In this document: piece by piece, positions 38,407 to 51,479 of the stretch
Position numbering within the stretch: the stretch's first letter is position 1
Layout of the letters: every line of letters starts with the position of its first letter
Assembly (NCBI RefSeq): GCF_000143415.4
Contig: NW_003314276.1
Span: 443,164-507,163, forward strand
DNA: 64,000 nucleotides
Source of the DNA: Selaginella moellendorffii
Taxonomy: Eukaryota > Plantae > Lycopodiophyta
Reading direction: 5' to 3'
The notes under the pieces: model-generated
Seen by the model: only the letters and a program-made list of their open reading frames with translations
The model's database searches: none
What the model was told of the DNA's origin: nothing
Translations under genes and position numbers: made by a program

Positions 38407-39594
38407 CGGCCTTCCATTATTCCGAGAGGAGGGGATGATGTGAGGGCCAAGTGTACGGCTACGATGCCGTATACTAATATTAGCGTAGTGGATTTTGGTA
38501 GCCGTCGGATTGGTTTCAATTCGGACCACTTGCTCCTGTATATAAGTTAGGGTTTTTGGGTTAATTGATATGCACATTTCTGTATTCCCTTTCCATATTC
38601 CATGCACTCACAGAGATATAATGTTTGTATTAGGACAAACCAGTAATTATGCTTTATGATAAAACTATGCATTCCAATTTAAAAATATATTACTATTAAA
38701 TGATTCAACACTACTTACTTTTCAAAAATTATATAAAGGGACACATTATTACATAGTTAAAATATATTATAAAAATACTAATATTTTAAATATAAATATG
38801 GATCAGACACATTACTATGTAAATATTAATGCTGACATATTTTTATAAAAAACTATATAATGTCATTAAAAAATATAAATATTTAATTATTTATTGTTAC
38901 ATTTTTATTTTAGAAAAAAAATTGCAGTAATAAATTTATCATTTGTTAGGAAAGTCTTACTATTGCATTTTATTCTCAATACTTCATCATTTTATTGTAT
39001 TAAAGTTTATATTGTTGATACTTAAATTTTAAAGAATATTAAAAGTTAGAATTGTATAGTTAGATATCATTTTGCTATGTGAACAAAAACTTTATTGATA
39101 TTTAATATACTTTTCAAATAATGTAAAATATATTATTGACATTTAACTCAAGTATAACAAGTATTTATCAAAACATTTATAAATATAATATTTACACTTA
39201 TGATGTATTTTTATTTTAAGATGAATGTTAGAAAACTCTACTCTTGAAGACTAAATATGATTTAAAATTTATATTATACTTATACAAATCCTCCAAAACT
39301 AATCACATTTTTTAAATTTCCTCAACTATATGCATGTTTTAGATATTTATATCATCAACAATTTCTCTGAATAGAAAAATAAATTTTTTTGTAACATAAT
39401 TAGTAATTTATATTTCAAAACAATAGCACTCTTTTATTTTCTTTCTTGTTTCAAATACTCCATTATCTGGTTTTTAACTAAAAAAATCTATACTTTAAAT
39501 TTTATTTTTTTTTGATACTCAAATTAGTTTATATATTTCTCATCTTGTAAAACCCATCTATAACATTTAAATTCTATTGCCACTATCTACATAC

Positions 39595-40509
39595 TTGGAG
39601 TTGAGGTGGGAATATGTTGATATTGTAAATGGACTTAGCATATATAACAAAAGCACCACAAGGGATTCTATCAAAGCAGCCAGTTGTGTATTCACATGCA
39701 GCATCTTTACGTGAGAGGTGGCCTTTACAAGGAGGTATCTGACACTTGTATTTAAATTCTATCGTATTCTTTGTTCTCAAATCAAGCTTTGATCTAATGT
39801 ATCTGGTGCTGGTTGTGTAGGTGAAGGCTGCATTGATTGCTGCCTTTAAGAAACTCAAAGGTGGAGATCCTGACACGTCCATCAGGCCCATGATATCCAA
39901 GTCGTTGGCAGCTATAGTGGAGAAGAGCGTGAACGAGGCAGTGAAGGCAGGTGCCAAACTTCTAGTTGGTAGTAAGCAAAGGGGAGCTTTCATGGAGCCA
40001 ACGATCCTGGAAGATGCTCCCTTTGACACAGATGCAAGGAAGGAAGAGATTCTCGGTCCCGTGATCCTTCTCTACTCATACAAGTAAGCTCTCAAAGTTT
40101 CTTAGCTCCTAAAGTTCTTATTTACTCTCTTTTCTCTCTCTAAACTAAAACTGTGGTGACACAGTGATTTCAAGGAAGCCGTGAAGGAAGCTAACAACAC
40201 ACATTACGGTCTCCAAGCCAGCGTCTTTACGCATGATCTAAACAAGGCCTTCTATGCGTTTGAGCACATAGAGGTAGCTTTGTGTTTGAGATATAGAAAG
40301 TATTGATTGTTTGTTTGATGATTATTCGATCTTCACAAGCTGGAGGAGTTTGCCTCAATGATTCGCCAAGCATGCGCGTTGATAGCCAGCCATACGGTGG
40401 GATCAAAGACTCTGCAATCCAACGAGAGGGTGTCAAGTATGTGATGGACGACATGCTTGAAACCAAAGTTTTAGTAATGCGCAATGTAGGCAATGCGTCT
40501 TACTTTTGA
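39595..40509 (+). pseudogene. ALDH21: 5'-truncated aldehyde dehydrogenase family 21 fragment
   Basis: EEILGPV, ANNTHYGLQASVFTHDLNKAFYAF, SPSMRVDSQPYGGIKDS..QREGVKY. Introns retained; the first exon is frameshifted. Confidence 0.75.
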
Positions 40510-40585
40510 TCAAGCTCGAGCTCGAGCTTTTGAGAACAGTAAATACAGTCTATCCACAAATGATTGCCGAGTTGTCCTCGTTTGC

Positions 40586-41293
40586 TAGCTCGCTCTCTAG
40601 CACCATCAACCTTTTACCTTTAGGACAGAGAATGCTTGTCTATAAGCTCCTGGGAGAAGGTCCATAGCTTGTGACCGAGCTCGGGATCTCTGCCATAAGC
40701 GCTACAGCTGGATTTGTTGGAATCCACGAAGTATTGCCCAGTGACGTCCTTGAGGCTTGGATGTAAAGCCGTGTAGCACGTCGTAGCAGCGTCCTGAGAG
40801 ATCGATCACGTATTAGCCACGAAAAATTTCCAGATAATTGGGAGAATTCTTCTTACCTGTGGCACATTTTTCCAAAGGAAGCTGGAGAAGAACTTGAGAA
40901 CCCCTGCATGAAGATCAAAGGTCCATAAGTAACCGAAAGCTCACTCGCTCTTTAGCACCATCAACCTTTTACCTTTAGGACGGAGAACGCTTGTCTATAA
41001 GCTCCTGGGAGAAGGTCCATAGCTTGTGAGCGAGCTCGGGATCTCTGCCATAAGCGCTACAGCTGGATTTGTTGGAATCCACGAAGTATTGCCCAGTGAC
41101 GTCCTTGAGGCTTGGATGTAAAGCCGTGTAGCACGTTGTAGCAGCGTCCTAAGAGATTGGTCACGTATTAGCCACGAAAAACTTCCAGATAATTGGGAGA
41201 ATTCTTCTTACCTGTGGCACATTTTTCCAAAGGAAGCTGGAGAAGAACTTGAGAAACCCTGCATGAAGATCAAAGTTCCATAAGTAACCGAAA
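40586..41293. repeat. ~355-bp tandem duplication of the SDR last two exons and 3' end
   Basis: CGCTC...AACCGAAA occurs from 40591 and again from 40946, near-identical. Confidence 0.9.
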
Positions 41294-41820
41294 ACAGACA
41301 AACTCATTATGTAGAATGTGTGCCACATCAAAGGTGACATTATAAACCCTGGGTGAACAGCATTGGCTGTGATGTCAACTCCTTCGGCATAATCAGCGAA
41401 AGAGAAAGCATTGGCGAAAGAGAAAGGTGGGAGAGATTTCAAAGCATTAGACAAATACCTTGAATCTCATTGCCAGTTCTTTGGCATGGAGGATGTTCAC
41501 GAGCTTGGATTGACTGTATGCTCTAGTGTTGGAGTACCTTTTGGAATAAAAAAGGAAGAATGTAAGCTCACGAGAAAAGAAAGTCGTTTGGTACCTGGGC
41601 TTTGTCATTAAGGTGTGAGAACTGGATTCCGCTGCTGTAAGTGTGATGGAGGAGAGGTTGACAATTCTTCACTGGATGCCACTTTCCTTAGCAGTCTCCA
41701 TCATTTTGTCCAGGAGCAAGTTTGTGAAAAGAAAATGGCCTAGAAATCACAACAAATGAAAGAAAAGAGTCAAGACTCCCGAAAAATTCCATGGCGCATA
41801 CCCACAGATGGTTTGTAGTG
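40620..41820 (-). pseudogene. 5'-truncated TIC32-like short-chain dehydrogenase/reductase fragment
   Basis: GHFLFTNLLLDKM..RIVNLSS, AYSQSKLVNILHAKELA, ITANAVHPGFI, AATTCYTALHP..VTGQYFVD. Contains stops; the last exons are duplicated. Confidence 0.85.
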
Positions 41821-42051
41821 TAATATCTAGAGGTTCACAAGTCGCTGGTGGCTTGTGAACAGCCATAATAACCGTTTCTTAAACCTAAAACCAAGCTCTT
41901 TGCCACCATGTCACAATCCTCACCATTGCTTTGGAGCGTCACAGATCTGGATTGTTGAATCAAGAGCATCTGCCATAAGAAAAAATGGATATTCTAAAAA
42001 TGGAATATGTGACGTCGATGCCAAAATAACAACTTTAAATAAAGAGTTTGA

Positions 42052-42480
42052 CTAGCAAAAGTCCCAACTATGCTGTCATGTTTATTCCTGATGTTTTAGT
42101 AATTTCAAAGAGTTGTAATTGTAATTGTAATTTTTCACATAATCATAATAATAATATACATAGTTAAACATAATATAATATTTATATTAAAAATCTCTTC
42201 TAAAATTGACTCTATCACATAATAAATATAACTCATAACATTATATCACAATTAAAACTTTGATTGGTGAGTGAAGCCTTGGATCTTCTATAAATGGAAT
42301 TGCTCACTATGGGATCAATGTAGTATCGAATCATGTTCCATAGAATGAAACATTTATAGAACAAAGAGTATTTAATTGATTTGATACTATATTATTAAAA
42401 TTAAACATAATTTTGTTGTACAAAGAGTGGTATATAGTAGATAATTAAAATTATTCATCATCTTTGTACAACAAAATTAT
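42052..42480 (-). mobile_element. Helitron 3' end and AT-rich body, minus strand
   Basis: Reverse complement of the 53900-54135 terminus (...TGGGACTTTTGCTAG|T). Also similar to 31200-31320 and 32480-32590. Confidence 0.7.
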
Positions 42481-42560
42481 TTTTGTTTAGGGTTTAGGGT
42501 TTAAAATCATTTGAACCTGGTGTATTGTATCATCTTGGATCAGATATCTAATTGCTATTT

Positions 42561-43158
<598 letters not shown>

Positions 43159-44339
43159 CACTTAAACCTCCTTGAATTTTTGTTGAATTTAACACTTTAT
43201 TCTCTATTTTGACAACATGGANNNNNNNNNNNNNNNNNNNNNNNNNNNNNNNNNNNNNNNNNNNNNNNNNNNNNNNNNNNNNNNNNNNNNNNNNNNNNNN
43301 NNNNNNNNNNNNNNNNNNNNNNNNNNNNNNNNNNNNNNNNNNNNNNNNNNNNNNNNNNNNNNNNNNNNNNNNNNNNNNNNNNNNNNNNNNNNNNNNNNNN
43401 NNNNNNNNNNNNNNNNNNNNNNNNNNNNNNNNNNNNNNNNNNNNNNNNNNNNNNNNNNNNNNNNNNNNNNNNNNNNNNNNNNNNNNNNNNNNNNNNNNNN
43501 NNNNNNNNNNNNNNNNNNNNNNNNNNNNNNNNNNNNNNNNNNNNNNNNNNNNNNNNNNNNNNNNNNNNNNNNNNNNNNNNNNNNNNNNNNNNNNNNNNNN
43601 NNNNNNNNNNNNNNNNNNNNNNNNNNNNNNNNNNNNNNNNNNNNNNNNNNNNNNNNNNNNNNNNNNNNNNNNNNNNNNNNNNNNNNNNNNNNNNNNNNNN
43701 NNNNNNNNNNNNNNNNNNNNNNNNNNNNNNNNNNNNNNNNNNNNNNNNNNNNNNNATGCATTAGCATAGGGATTTATCTCTTTTAATTATTTATCATGAT
43801 CACTCATTAGATGCTCATCACATTTAGAATTGTGTTTCTTTTTCATTCTTATTTCTGTTTCTCAAAAGGTATCTAGAATATATAATTGTGAATATTTTTC
43901 ATTATTTGGTTTAAAACTTCCAATATTATGTTAAATTTGTTCATATATCTTAAATTAATTGGGGCCACCTACTGCAATCTCTTCAATGTTTGCACCCATT
44001 GATGGTGCACTACTATAATTTTGTATTAAATCTTTAAAATTAATAGTCTTTGGAGAAAGCATGGAAAAGGAAGTGATTTTTCAGTTGCTATTCTCCTGTC
44101 ACAATCACAATTGAAAACATTTTCCATCATAAAAAAGGGCCTTACAATGTATGCATTGTTTTTCCATCTTACCAAGAATGTTGCTCACATTTACCATTTT
44201 CATTCTCTGACATTAAACCCATTTTTTGTTTGTTTTTTTTTTTTTTTGTCTCACTGCCCTACTAATAGTAGTTACAAGAACACAAGAAATCATATGACAG
44301 GAATTGCCAGTAGTAGACAGACTATCACCGATTTTGCAT

Positions 44340-44772
44340 AGATAAGTTGCTGAAGAAGATCTTTCCAGGCCTGTACTTGCATTCAACATTGGCAATTTAT
44401 GAGGAGCTTTCAACACTCGCCAGGTACCAAAACAGGCTCTCGGCTGTGGATTACGCAGTGGCACTTGAGAGCGATGTCTTCATGTTCACACATGATGGAA
44501 ACATGGCTTCATGCTATGTTTATAGTTTTTCCAATTCTTTAACTTTTGTTCCACTCTCCTCCAGGCAAAAGCTTATTCGGCTCATTGATGGCTATGAAGC
44601 TGGGAATATGTCTTGAGATGAATTTGCGTTTCAAGTGAAAATGCTGCACAAAGTGAGGACAGGTCCAGCTCTAAGAGTTCCCACTCCCATCCCAAAGCAT
44701 GAAGACTATTTATTTGACAACCCGTTTCCTGGTTGCATATGTGATAACAACAGCAGCACTAGGGAAATGTAG
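44340..44772 (+). pseudogene. O-fucosyltransferase (DUF246) C-terminal fragment
   Basis: NRLSAVDYAVALESDVFMFTHDGNMA ... EDYLFDNPFPGCIC. Internal stop and a missing exon segment. Confidence 0.85.
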
Positions 44773-44839
44773 AGCGCTCTTTAATATGTACAAAATCCGG
44801 GAAAGTTTTTTCATGGCACGGTATGTAGATTCAACATGA

Positions 44840-45480
44840 TTGAAATTTTCAAAGCACAGCACCACCTCCAGGACCTGTTGTCTCTCAAGTCGAGAACTTT
44901 GAGGTTGGATCCATCAGCCATGGCCGAAGCCAGTGCCACCCAACTCTAGTCAACGAGAAGAGAAAGTTCTCGAGCTGGACAACCTTCTCGACGAGCCTGG
45001 TGAGAGATCTGGCCCCTTGATCACCGGTCATGTTGTTGTGGAAGTGGAAGAGCTTGAGAGAGCTGGTGGTGGTGATGATCTCCCATACACCATGATGGAG
45101 ATCCCATTGTTCATGAAAGAGAGCTCCTTGAGCAACTCCTGGGACTTTAGCAGCGGCATGAAGGTCCTCACACCCTTCTCATTGTCCAAGAGGTTTAAAA
45201 CGCCTGCACAACCGTATGCATCGCCTCCAGTGCCTCCTCCTCTGGCCGCCCAGCAACAATGTCTGAGAAATGTCCAGGAGCGAGGATTTCACCTTCGAGA
45301 GAAATCCGCCGAAGCTCTTGTTACTGAAGAAAATATTGGAGTAGCATGACGTTCCCAGCGGCAGAGGAAAGCTCTATGCCTGGCCGAAATTGTTCATCTT
45401 TCCAATTCAGATTCCCCAAGCGCTTCTAGCATCATCTGGCTCGCCTCTCGAGCATAGATCTTCACCACTACCATGGGATC
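44840..45480 (-). pseudogene. RANGAP: RAN GTPase-activating protein (LRR) fragment
   Basis: FSNKSFG, KGVRTF..LLKSQ.LLKELSFMNNGIS, LKLFHFHNNMTGDQGA, LKVLDLRDN. Deletions and frameshifts. Confidence 0.8.
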
Positions 45481-45639
45481 GCTGCCAGTGAAGCCTGGAA
45501 AGCAGCCTGGATCCCACAGCAGTGATGAATGGTTACCTCTTAGTGACTACCAATGGGGGGCTCAATCAAATGCGCACGGGGGTATGCTTCCGAGACTCGT
45601 TTTTTTCAAAGAAACAGTTGAAGGCTAGAGGTTTTTCTG

Positions 45640-46790
45640 CTTGATGTAGTTTTGCGACATGGTTGCTGTATGAATGCGACCTTTGTCATTCCTGTCCTTA
45701 TATGCTCTCCAATTGATGAGGCATTTTATGCAAGGACTTGCAAAACACCTTGACAAAACACATATTAGTTTCAAGAAGTAAGGAAAATAGATTTAAAATC
45801 TACTTTTTAACTACAAATCAGTGGTGTTGGCATTCCATGTTCATCTTCCACTATTAAAGTACAGTTCTGCCATGGAAATGTTGGACAAGATATATACCCC
45901 ACAGTCGTGGGAATCTATTTCCACTTCAAAACCATCCTCCTGCCTTTGAAGTCCAATCTTTGTGCTATGACCCACATAAAACAAAGATATATATCAATTG
46001 TGAACAATGTAATGTATTGCATACTTTCTGCAAATCTCTCACACTTGCTGTCACACTCAGTTCCAATTTACAATTGTTCCTGATTAATGCTTACTTCCAC
46101 CCTCTGTTTCATGCCACCATGACAATTCTATCACAGAGGACCTGTGTGATCACACAATGTTTTGTTAGTGTCAAACAAAAAGTAATTACCTCTGACTGTC
46201 CTATCCGGCTCACTTTGCATCCCTGTATTCTACATGTCAAAAGAAAGATACTAAGAAAGAAGTGGCTCCAATATTCATAAACTTACCTTGATTTACCACT
46301 ATTATCTCGGTGTTCTTTTAAATTTCAAGGTGTTCTTTCGTGATTGTTCTCAACTCACAACCAATGATGAGAGGTGCATGAGGCAAGGCACTCTAGTCTG
46401 GGTTAATGAGAAACGAGCATGCAAACCTTCATGATAGACCAAATGCTGAAATGTGAACGATACTCAACCAAGGACATTCAACCATTCTCTACTTGGAGCA
46501 TGTTGGGATCTGAAAGAGAGAACTTGAGAAATTTATGCAAAGCCAACCACTGATCTCACCATTCCAGCCTCTGGGACCAGCATGAGATGCCCCACAAATT
46601 GTTGCCATCCGCTAGCAAGTCTATTCTACAAGCGAAACTGGTCAGAAAAGGGAAAAGGAAGAAGAACTTTACTGTGGCCATCTGTCTTTCACGTCAAATG
46701 ATGTCTGCCAGCTATTCACATACTTCCCAGCCCACACGGCTGGATGATGTTCTCCCCTATGCACAAACACATGAGCTCTCATAACGCAAG
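45640..46790 (-). pseudogene. Spliced fragment including a Ulp1/C48 protease-like motif
   Basis: DSHDCGVYIL at ~45890-45920 resembles QxxxxDCGxF. The other exons are unidentified. Confidence 0.3.
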
Positions 46791-47028
46791 AGATAGCAAG
46801 AAGAAAAAAATTACCATTCACACATTGCATGAATGCCTGCATTTTTTTTAGAATCTCGCTCATCACAGGATTCCTTAGATGAAAATGTTGTTGGCATACT
46901 GAGCATGAAAAGTCTGATTTTTCTTGTGAAAGCAATTGTCATACTTGAGGAGATTTGTGTGGTATGATGTCGATTTCTATTTTTCTCTTGGCTTCTTTTT
47001 ATATTTTAATTTTGTTTTTCCGCTGTAG

Positions 47029-47510
47029 ATGCTGTCTCGGGACCAGCTAAGGACTTCGGTTGGCATGACCTGGTTTCATACACATTGCACGAATGCCAAA
47101 TCTTAGGCCTGATACAAGATATTCATACCGATATGGAAGGTAAGGAAGGTTTCCTTTCATCTTCTGTGCTGACTCTAAAGTCTGATTATTTGCAGTGATA
47201 ATTCTGGCTGGTCCAACTTGAAAACGATCACTACTCCTCCGGCCGGAGGACCTTACTGTACCTTTTAATCTTTGGAGACATGGGAAAGGCCGAACGAGAT
47301 GACAGCTTGGAGCATTATATCCAAGTAAGTTAAATCTCAGAAACTCTTACGTCTTGCCAACTTCAGAACTATTTATGTTTGCAGCCTGGTGCACTGCAAG
47401 TTATTGATGCCATGGCAAAAGAGGTCGTAGATGCAATTTTCCACATTGGAGACTTAAGCTATGCTACTGTCTTCCTTGCGGAATGGGATAATTTCCTGGA
47501 GATGATCGAG
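47029..47510 (+). pseudogene. Purple acid phosphatase (nucleotide pyrophosphatase/phosphodiesterase type), middle fragment
   Basis: GPAKDFGWHD, RYSYRYG, IFGDMGKAERD, IFHIGDLSYAT.FLAEWDNFL. Introns retained. Confidence 0.85.
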
Positions 47511-47869
47511 CTGTGAGAAGAAATAACTCAAGTGACACTTTGAAACGGAACAAAATCAGCATGTTTACTGTACCCACGCTCATGCATCTCGAAACTTGTG
47601 CCCCTCTGAAGCCACTCAGTGGCATTTGCAAGTCATTCTCCTGGAAAATGTCTGCAAATGATAAGCTGTTCAGTAGAAAAAAAAACTCTCTACCTTCCAA
47701 CAAGGTTCGCCAGATCACCGCCTGCACTTTTGAGATCTCACATCCAGGGGAGCAACAATGAGAACTTTCGACTTTCATACCGCTGCCACATCCTCGATCT
47801 CTGTATAGATCTTCTATTCTACGTCTTCTTCCACAATTCTACAACTGGCCTCTTCCAGAATAAGATGTG

Positions 47870-48943
47870 AAGCTGGCAATAAGCTTGCCATGCATCTATC
47901 TCTGGACTCTCCCGCTCTTCCATTGCAACGGGTGGTGCTTTCCTTAGGCAGTCGCAGCTCTGGCCGGGACCAACATATGTCTTCACCAGGTTTGCTTTTC
48001 CTCGTCTCTTCATTTCCTCGTTTCCACAGGTGATGGCCAAAGGAATCTTTGCCACCATAGCCGAGCACAACGTGACCAACTTTTGCGCTGCTCCCACGGT
48101 GCTCAACACGATCATAAGTGTGGCAACAGGCTCAACGTTCTCGCGGCTCCAACACAGGCAAGTCAGGAGAATGACCATGGGTGCGGCTCCTCCGGCAGCA
48201 GCCTGGCTAAAATTGAAGCTCTCGGGTTTCATGTGACGCACGTCTACAGGCTCACAGAAACATATGGTCCATGCACTGTGTGCGAGTGGAATCCCGACTG
48301 CCTTTTGCCCGATGAGCAGGCCAGGCTCAAGGCTCACAGGGCGTGAAATATGTTCGACGGCTTACAGGTGCTCAACTCCGAAACTCTGGAACCGGTTGCC
48401 AAGGACGGTGTCACCATTGGGGAAGTTTGCATGCGTGGGAACATGGTGTTCAGGGAGTACTTGAACAATCCAGAGGCGATGCTGGAGAGCTTTAGAGGAG
48501 GATGGTTCCACTCAGGGGACTTGGCAGTTTGGCATCCTGATGGATACATCGAGATCAAGGATCGAGCCAAGGATATTATCATTTCTGGAGGGGAGAACAT
48601 TAGCTGCCTGGAAGTGGAGAGCATCTTGTACAGGTAAGAGGAGAGTTTTTTCTTCTTTGTTTCTCGTTAAAGTTTGCTTCTTTTTCTTCCAGGCATGGTG
48701 GCGTGGCCAGACGAGAAGTGGGGCGAGTCTCCATGTGCATTTGTGTCCCTCAAGCACGGCATGAGAAGCAAGGAGGAGGAGATACTCTCATTCTGTCGAC
48801 AGCATTTGCCAAAGTTCATGGTGCCAAAAAGCGTCATCATTCTCGTGGCCTTGGACAAAACTGCGACTGGCAAGATCCAAAAACAGATGCTGCACAGCAA
48901 AGCAAGAGCTCTTGGCAGCATCAAGCAAATCAGCAAGCTCTAA
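47870..48943 (+). pseudogene. Acyl-activating enzyme (AAE1/AAE2-like CoA ligase), 3' fragment
   Basis: YLWTLP.FHCNGWCF, LTETYGP, GGWFHSGDLAV.HPDGYIEIKDRAKDIIISGGENIS, KTATGKIQK, and C-terminal SKL (PTS1). Frameshifts. Confidence 0.9.
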
Positions 48944-49019
48944 AAGCAAACTATTGAACTTGTAAAGCTTGAAATCGTTCATGGCCTGGAAAATCCCCAG
49001 TCTAGCTTGGCAATTTTAA

Positions 49020-49552
49020 ACCGGTCAGCTACTGTTCCATCCATTGTAATGTACTGGAATGAAAAATAAATAAATAACATGCAAGAACCAAGAACGCAAT
49101 TCATCTACCTCAAACAGTAGCTTTGTCTTATCGGCTGTCACTCTTGCATATCCAAATGCCGACCTTCGAATCAAGCTCCATGAACTAAACTGTCGACAAA
49201 AAAAATAGAAAAGGTAGAATATCAATACCATATAAAGAGCTTGAATATAGAAAACAAAGCTGCAAGCTTACATTATGAGAGAAGTCATCCAGGCTGAATC
49301 CGGCCATGCCAACCACAGCTTGAACTGGAGCCGAGTAAATTGTAGTCAAAGAAATCAACACCCGCTAAATCCTTGATCGGGTGCTGCAGGCAGCGGCCCT
49401 GAAACACAGCACAAGTTCTCGTAGTTGTGAACATGCCCCCACACTGCTAAATCAACCTGTGCAAGAAAAAAAAAAGACAGTTTCATTCTGGTTTTCCCTT
49501 TGAAGAGCTCGTGTTTTACCTTGTTTCTCAAGAGCAATGGTTCCATAGCATC
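49020..49552 (-). pseudogene. Purple acid phosphatase C-terminal fragment
   Basis: MEPLLLRNK/VDLAVWGHVHNYE, VVGMAGFSLD, WSLIRRSAFGYARV..DKTKLLFE. Confidence 0.85.
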
Positions 49553-50549
49553 TGAGCAGTCATCTAGCTTGATGGGACAACACATGTGCAGTTGAAAATA
49601 ACAGAAACAAATGTGATGAATTTAACTATGTGCCTTGTAGATCTCTCTAGAGCAAGGCCAAGGCCTATTCTCTGTGTTGTATTTATCCTGAAATCCTGAC
49701 ACAAGAACAAAGTCAGTTTCCTAAAACTTTTACCAACTTTGACACGGCAGCATTGCTTTCGACACGCCTGGGAGTGACCCCGTCCTTCTCCAAGCCACAC
49801 ATCCACCAGACTCCCACACAACTTGAGCACCGTGGAGAGGTTATGGCAAAAGCATCACAAACAAACAGCTCCAGAACTGTCAGGTGTGCAAAAGTGGAAG
49901 CTGAGATGGCAGATACAATTACTATAATGAACTGAGGCTGGGCAAGGAACAAGATAGCTGATTATCTTTCTGAAGGTGATGCAACACTTGATGCTACAGC
50001 AATGGAAATGGAACTGATTTTACAGACTTCCTTGCGGGATTGTTCACCAAGCCATTTTGCACACAGGCTTGTGGAGAAGCAAAAAGTTATTCAGGCTTTA
50101 CAGTTAAAGCTACACTAGGCTTTTGAGTTTGTCAAAGATGCAGAGCACAAGATGGAGGCTTTAATTGATGTGACCTTAAATATGTAAAAAATGCAAGAGA
50201 ATGTTTAGAATTTCTGAACGATACAGGTATTGCTCAGAAGAAAAAACCAATGTGCTGCTTCTCCAGGTACTATAACATTCAAGCAAATCCAGGGTGCCTT
50301 GCGACATTTTTCCAGTCCAGTGAAGCTGATCAATGGCATCGCGATCAATACAACAAAATCCAGTGAGTTTTGTTTTAGATAAAAAAATGACTAACATTGT
50401 GATGGTGCTTCAGGTGTGTGTTTTCATTCTAGCGAATCCAGGATGGCTGTTTATTGCGAGTCACACACAGCGCACAGTAAGTTTTTCTAGCATACACACT
50501 CTCTAATGCACTAAGCATGTAGACTTGTCTCCTCTCTGCATTTTATAGA

Positions 50550-51140
50550 GAATCCCATTCGGGCTGTGCCCCTGGAAGGAGCTCCCATCTCTCACTGAAC
50601 AAGCCGCACTGTCTGATGCTCCCTGGTGCTGCACCAAGCAAACCGTACCAACTTGCTGCTCCCACGACGCATGGCCATGGGATCCCACTTGTTATCGATC
50701 ACAACCATGTTATGCTTCATGTCCTGAGAGAGTTACAGGCTGCTGAAAGCAACGACAGCAGCAGGTCCACCGAGCGATTCTGAGACGAGAACCACAAGTC
50801 CGGCACCCAGGTTATGGCCAGTGAGTAAAAGCGATGCGTTTGGATATGCCTCCACAGCTTGGTGTGTGTAGCTCACCTTGGGAGACGTAGTTGAGGCTCT
50901 GGTTGGAATAGGTGGAGAGGCAAGAGTTCAGGCTCGGAAGCGACGTCCTTGGAAGCTCTCCAAACAGGATCTGATTGACGCACATGTCTGCCTGGGTGGA
51001 GGTGCCCTGGAACGCAGCCACAAGGTGTTTGTGAGCAAAGTTGGTGTCTTCCTTGTACACTAGGCCCTGAGTAGAGGGCTCGACTGTTGGAAGTTTGGGG
51101 GATGGCTTCCAGCTGGGGACAGAGGCGGGCGTGGCTGAGA
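50550..51140 (-). pseudogene. Lipase class 3 (ATG15-like) fragment
   Basis: LVAAFQGT...D and YPNASLLLTGHNLGAGL...PA; the GxSxG nucleophile Ser is replaced by Asn. Frameshifted. Confidence 0.65.
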
Positions 51141-51479
51141 ATCATAAACCTTTCCCATACTTTCACATTCAAAACTTTTAACATAACCACCTATGAAATC
51201 TCATGCTTGAATATTTCTTTGTTAATCTAAAGAAACAATATAAATGAAAAGCCGACAACTGAAATATACATGACACTCCCATATTTGTCTTCTGATATTT
51301 CTTTTATATGAAAAAAAAAACATAAATTTAAAGCACTAGGACTACTAATGTTAGTTTTGTCTAAATACATTACAATTTAGTTACTTTGTTACAAATTGTT
51401 TGTAACTAATTACATTACATATGTATGTATATAACAGTATTACATTTTTTTTCCTCTGTTTCATGTTAAGGGAGAGATT

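Larger units (their letters stand above)
33615..38612 (+). mobile_element. Full-length Ty3/gypsy LTR retrotransposon (~5.0 kb, no chromodomain)
   Basis: 174-bp LTRs at 33615-33788 and 38439-38612 differing at 5 C/T positions. PBS at 33790-33807, PPT at 38424-38438, TSD GAGA. Domain order gag-PR-RT-RH-INT. Confidence 0.97.

Noticed and set aside
43204-43786. Poly-X ORFs (also 1713-2193 and 52566-52988)
   Set aside because: Artefacts of N assembly gaps.
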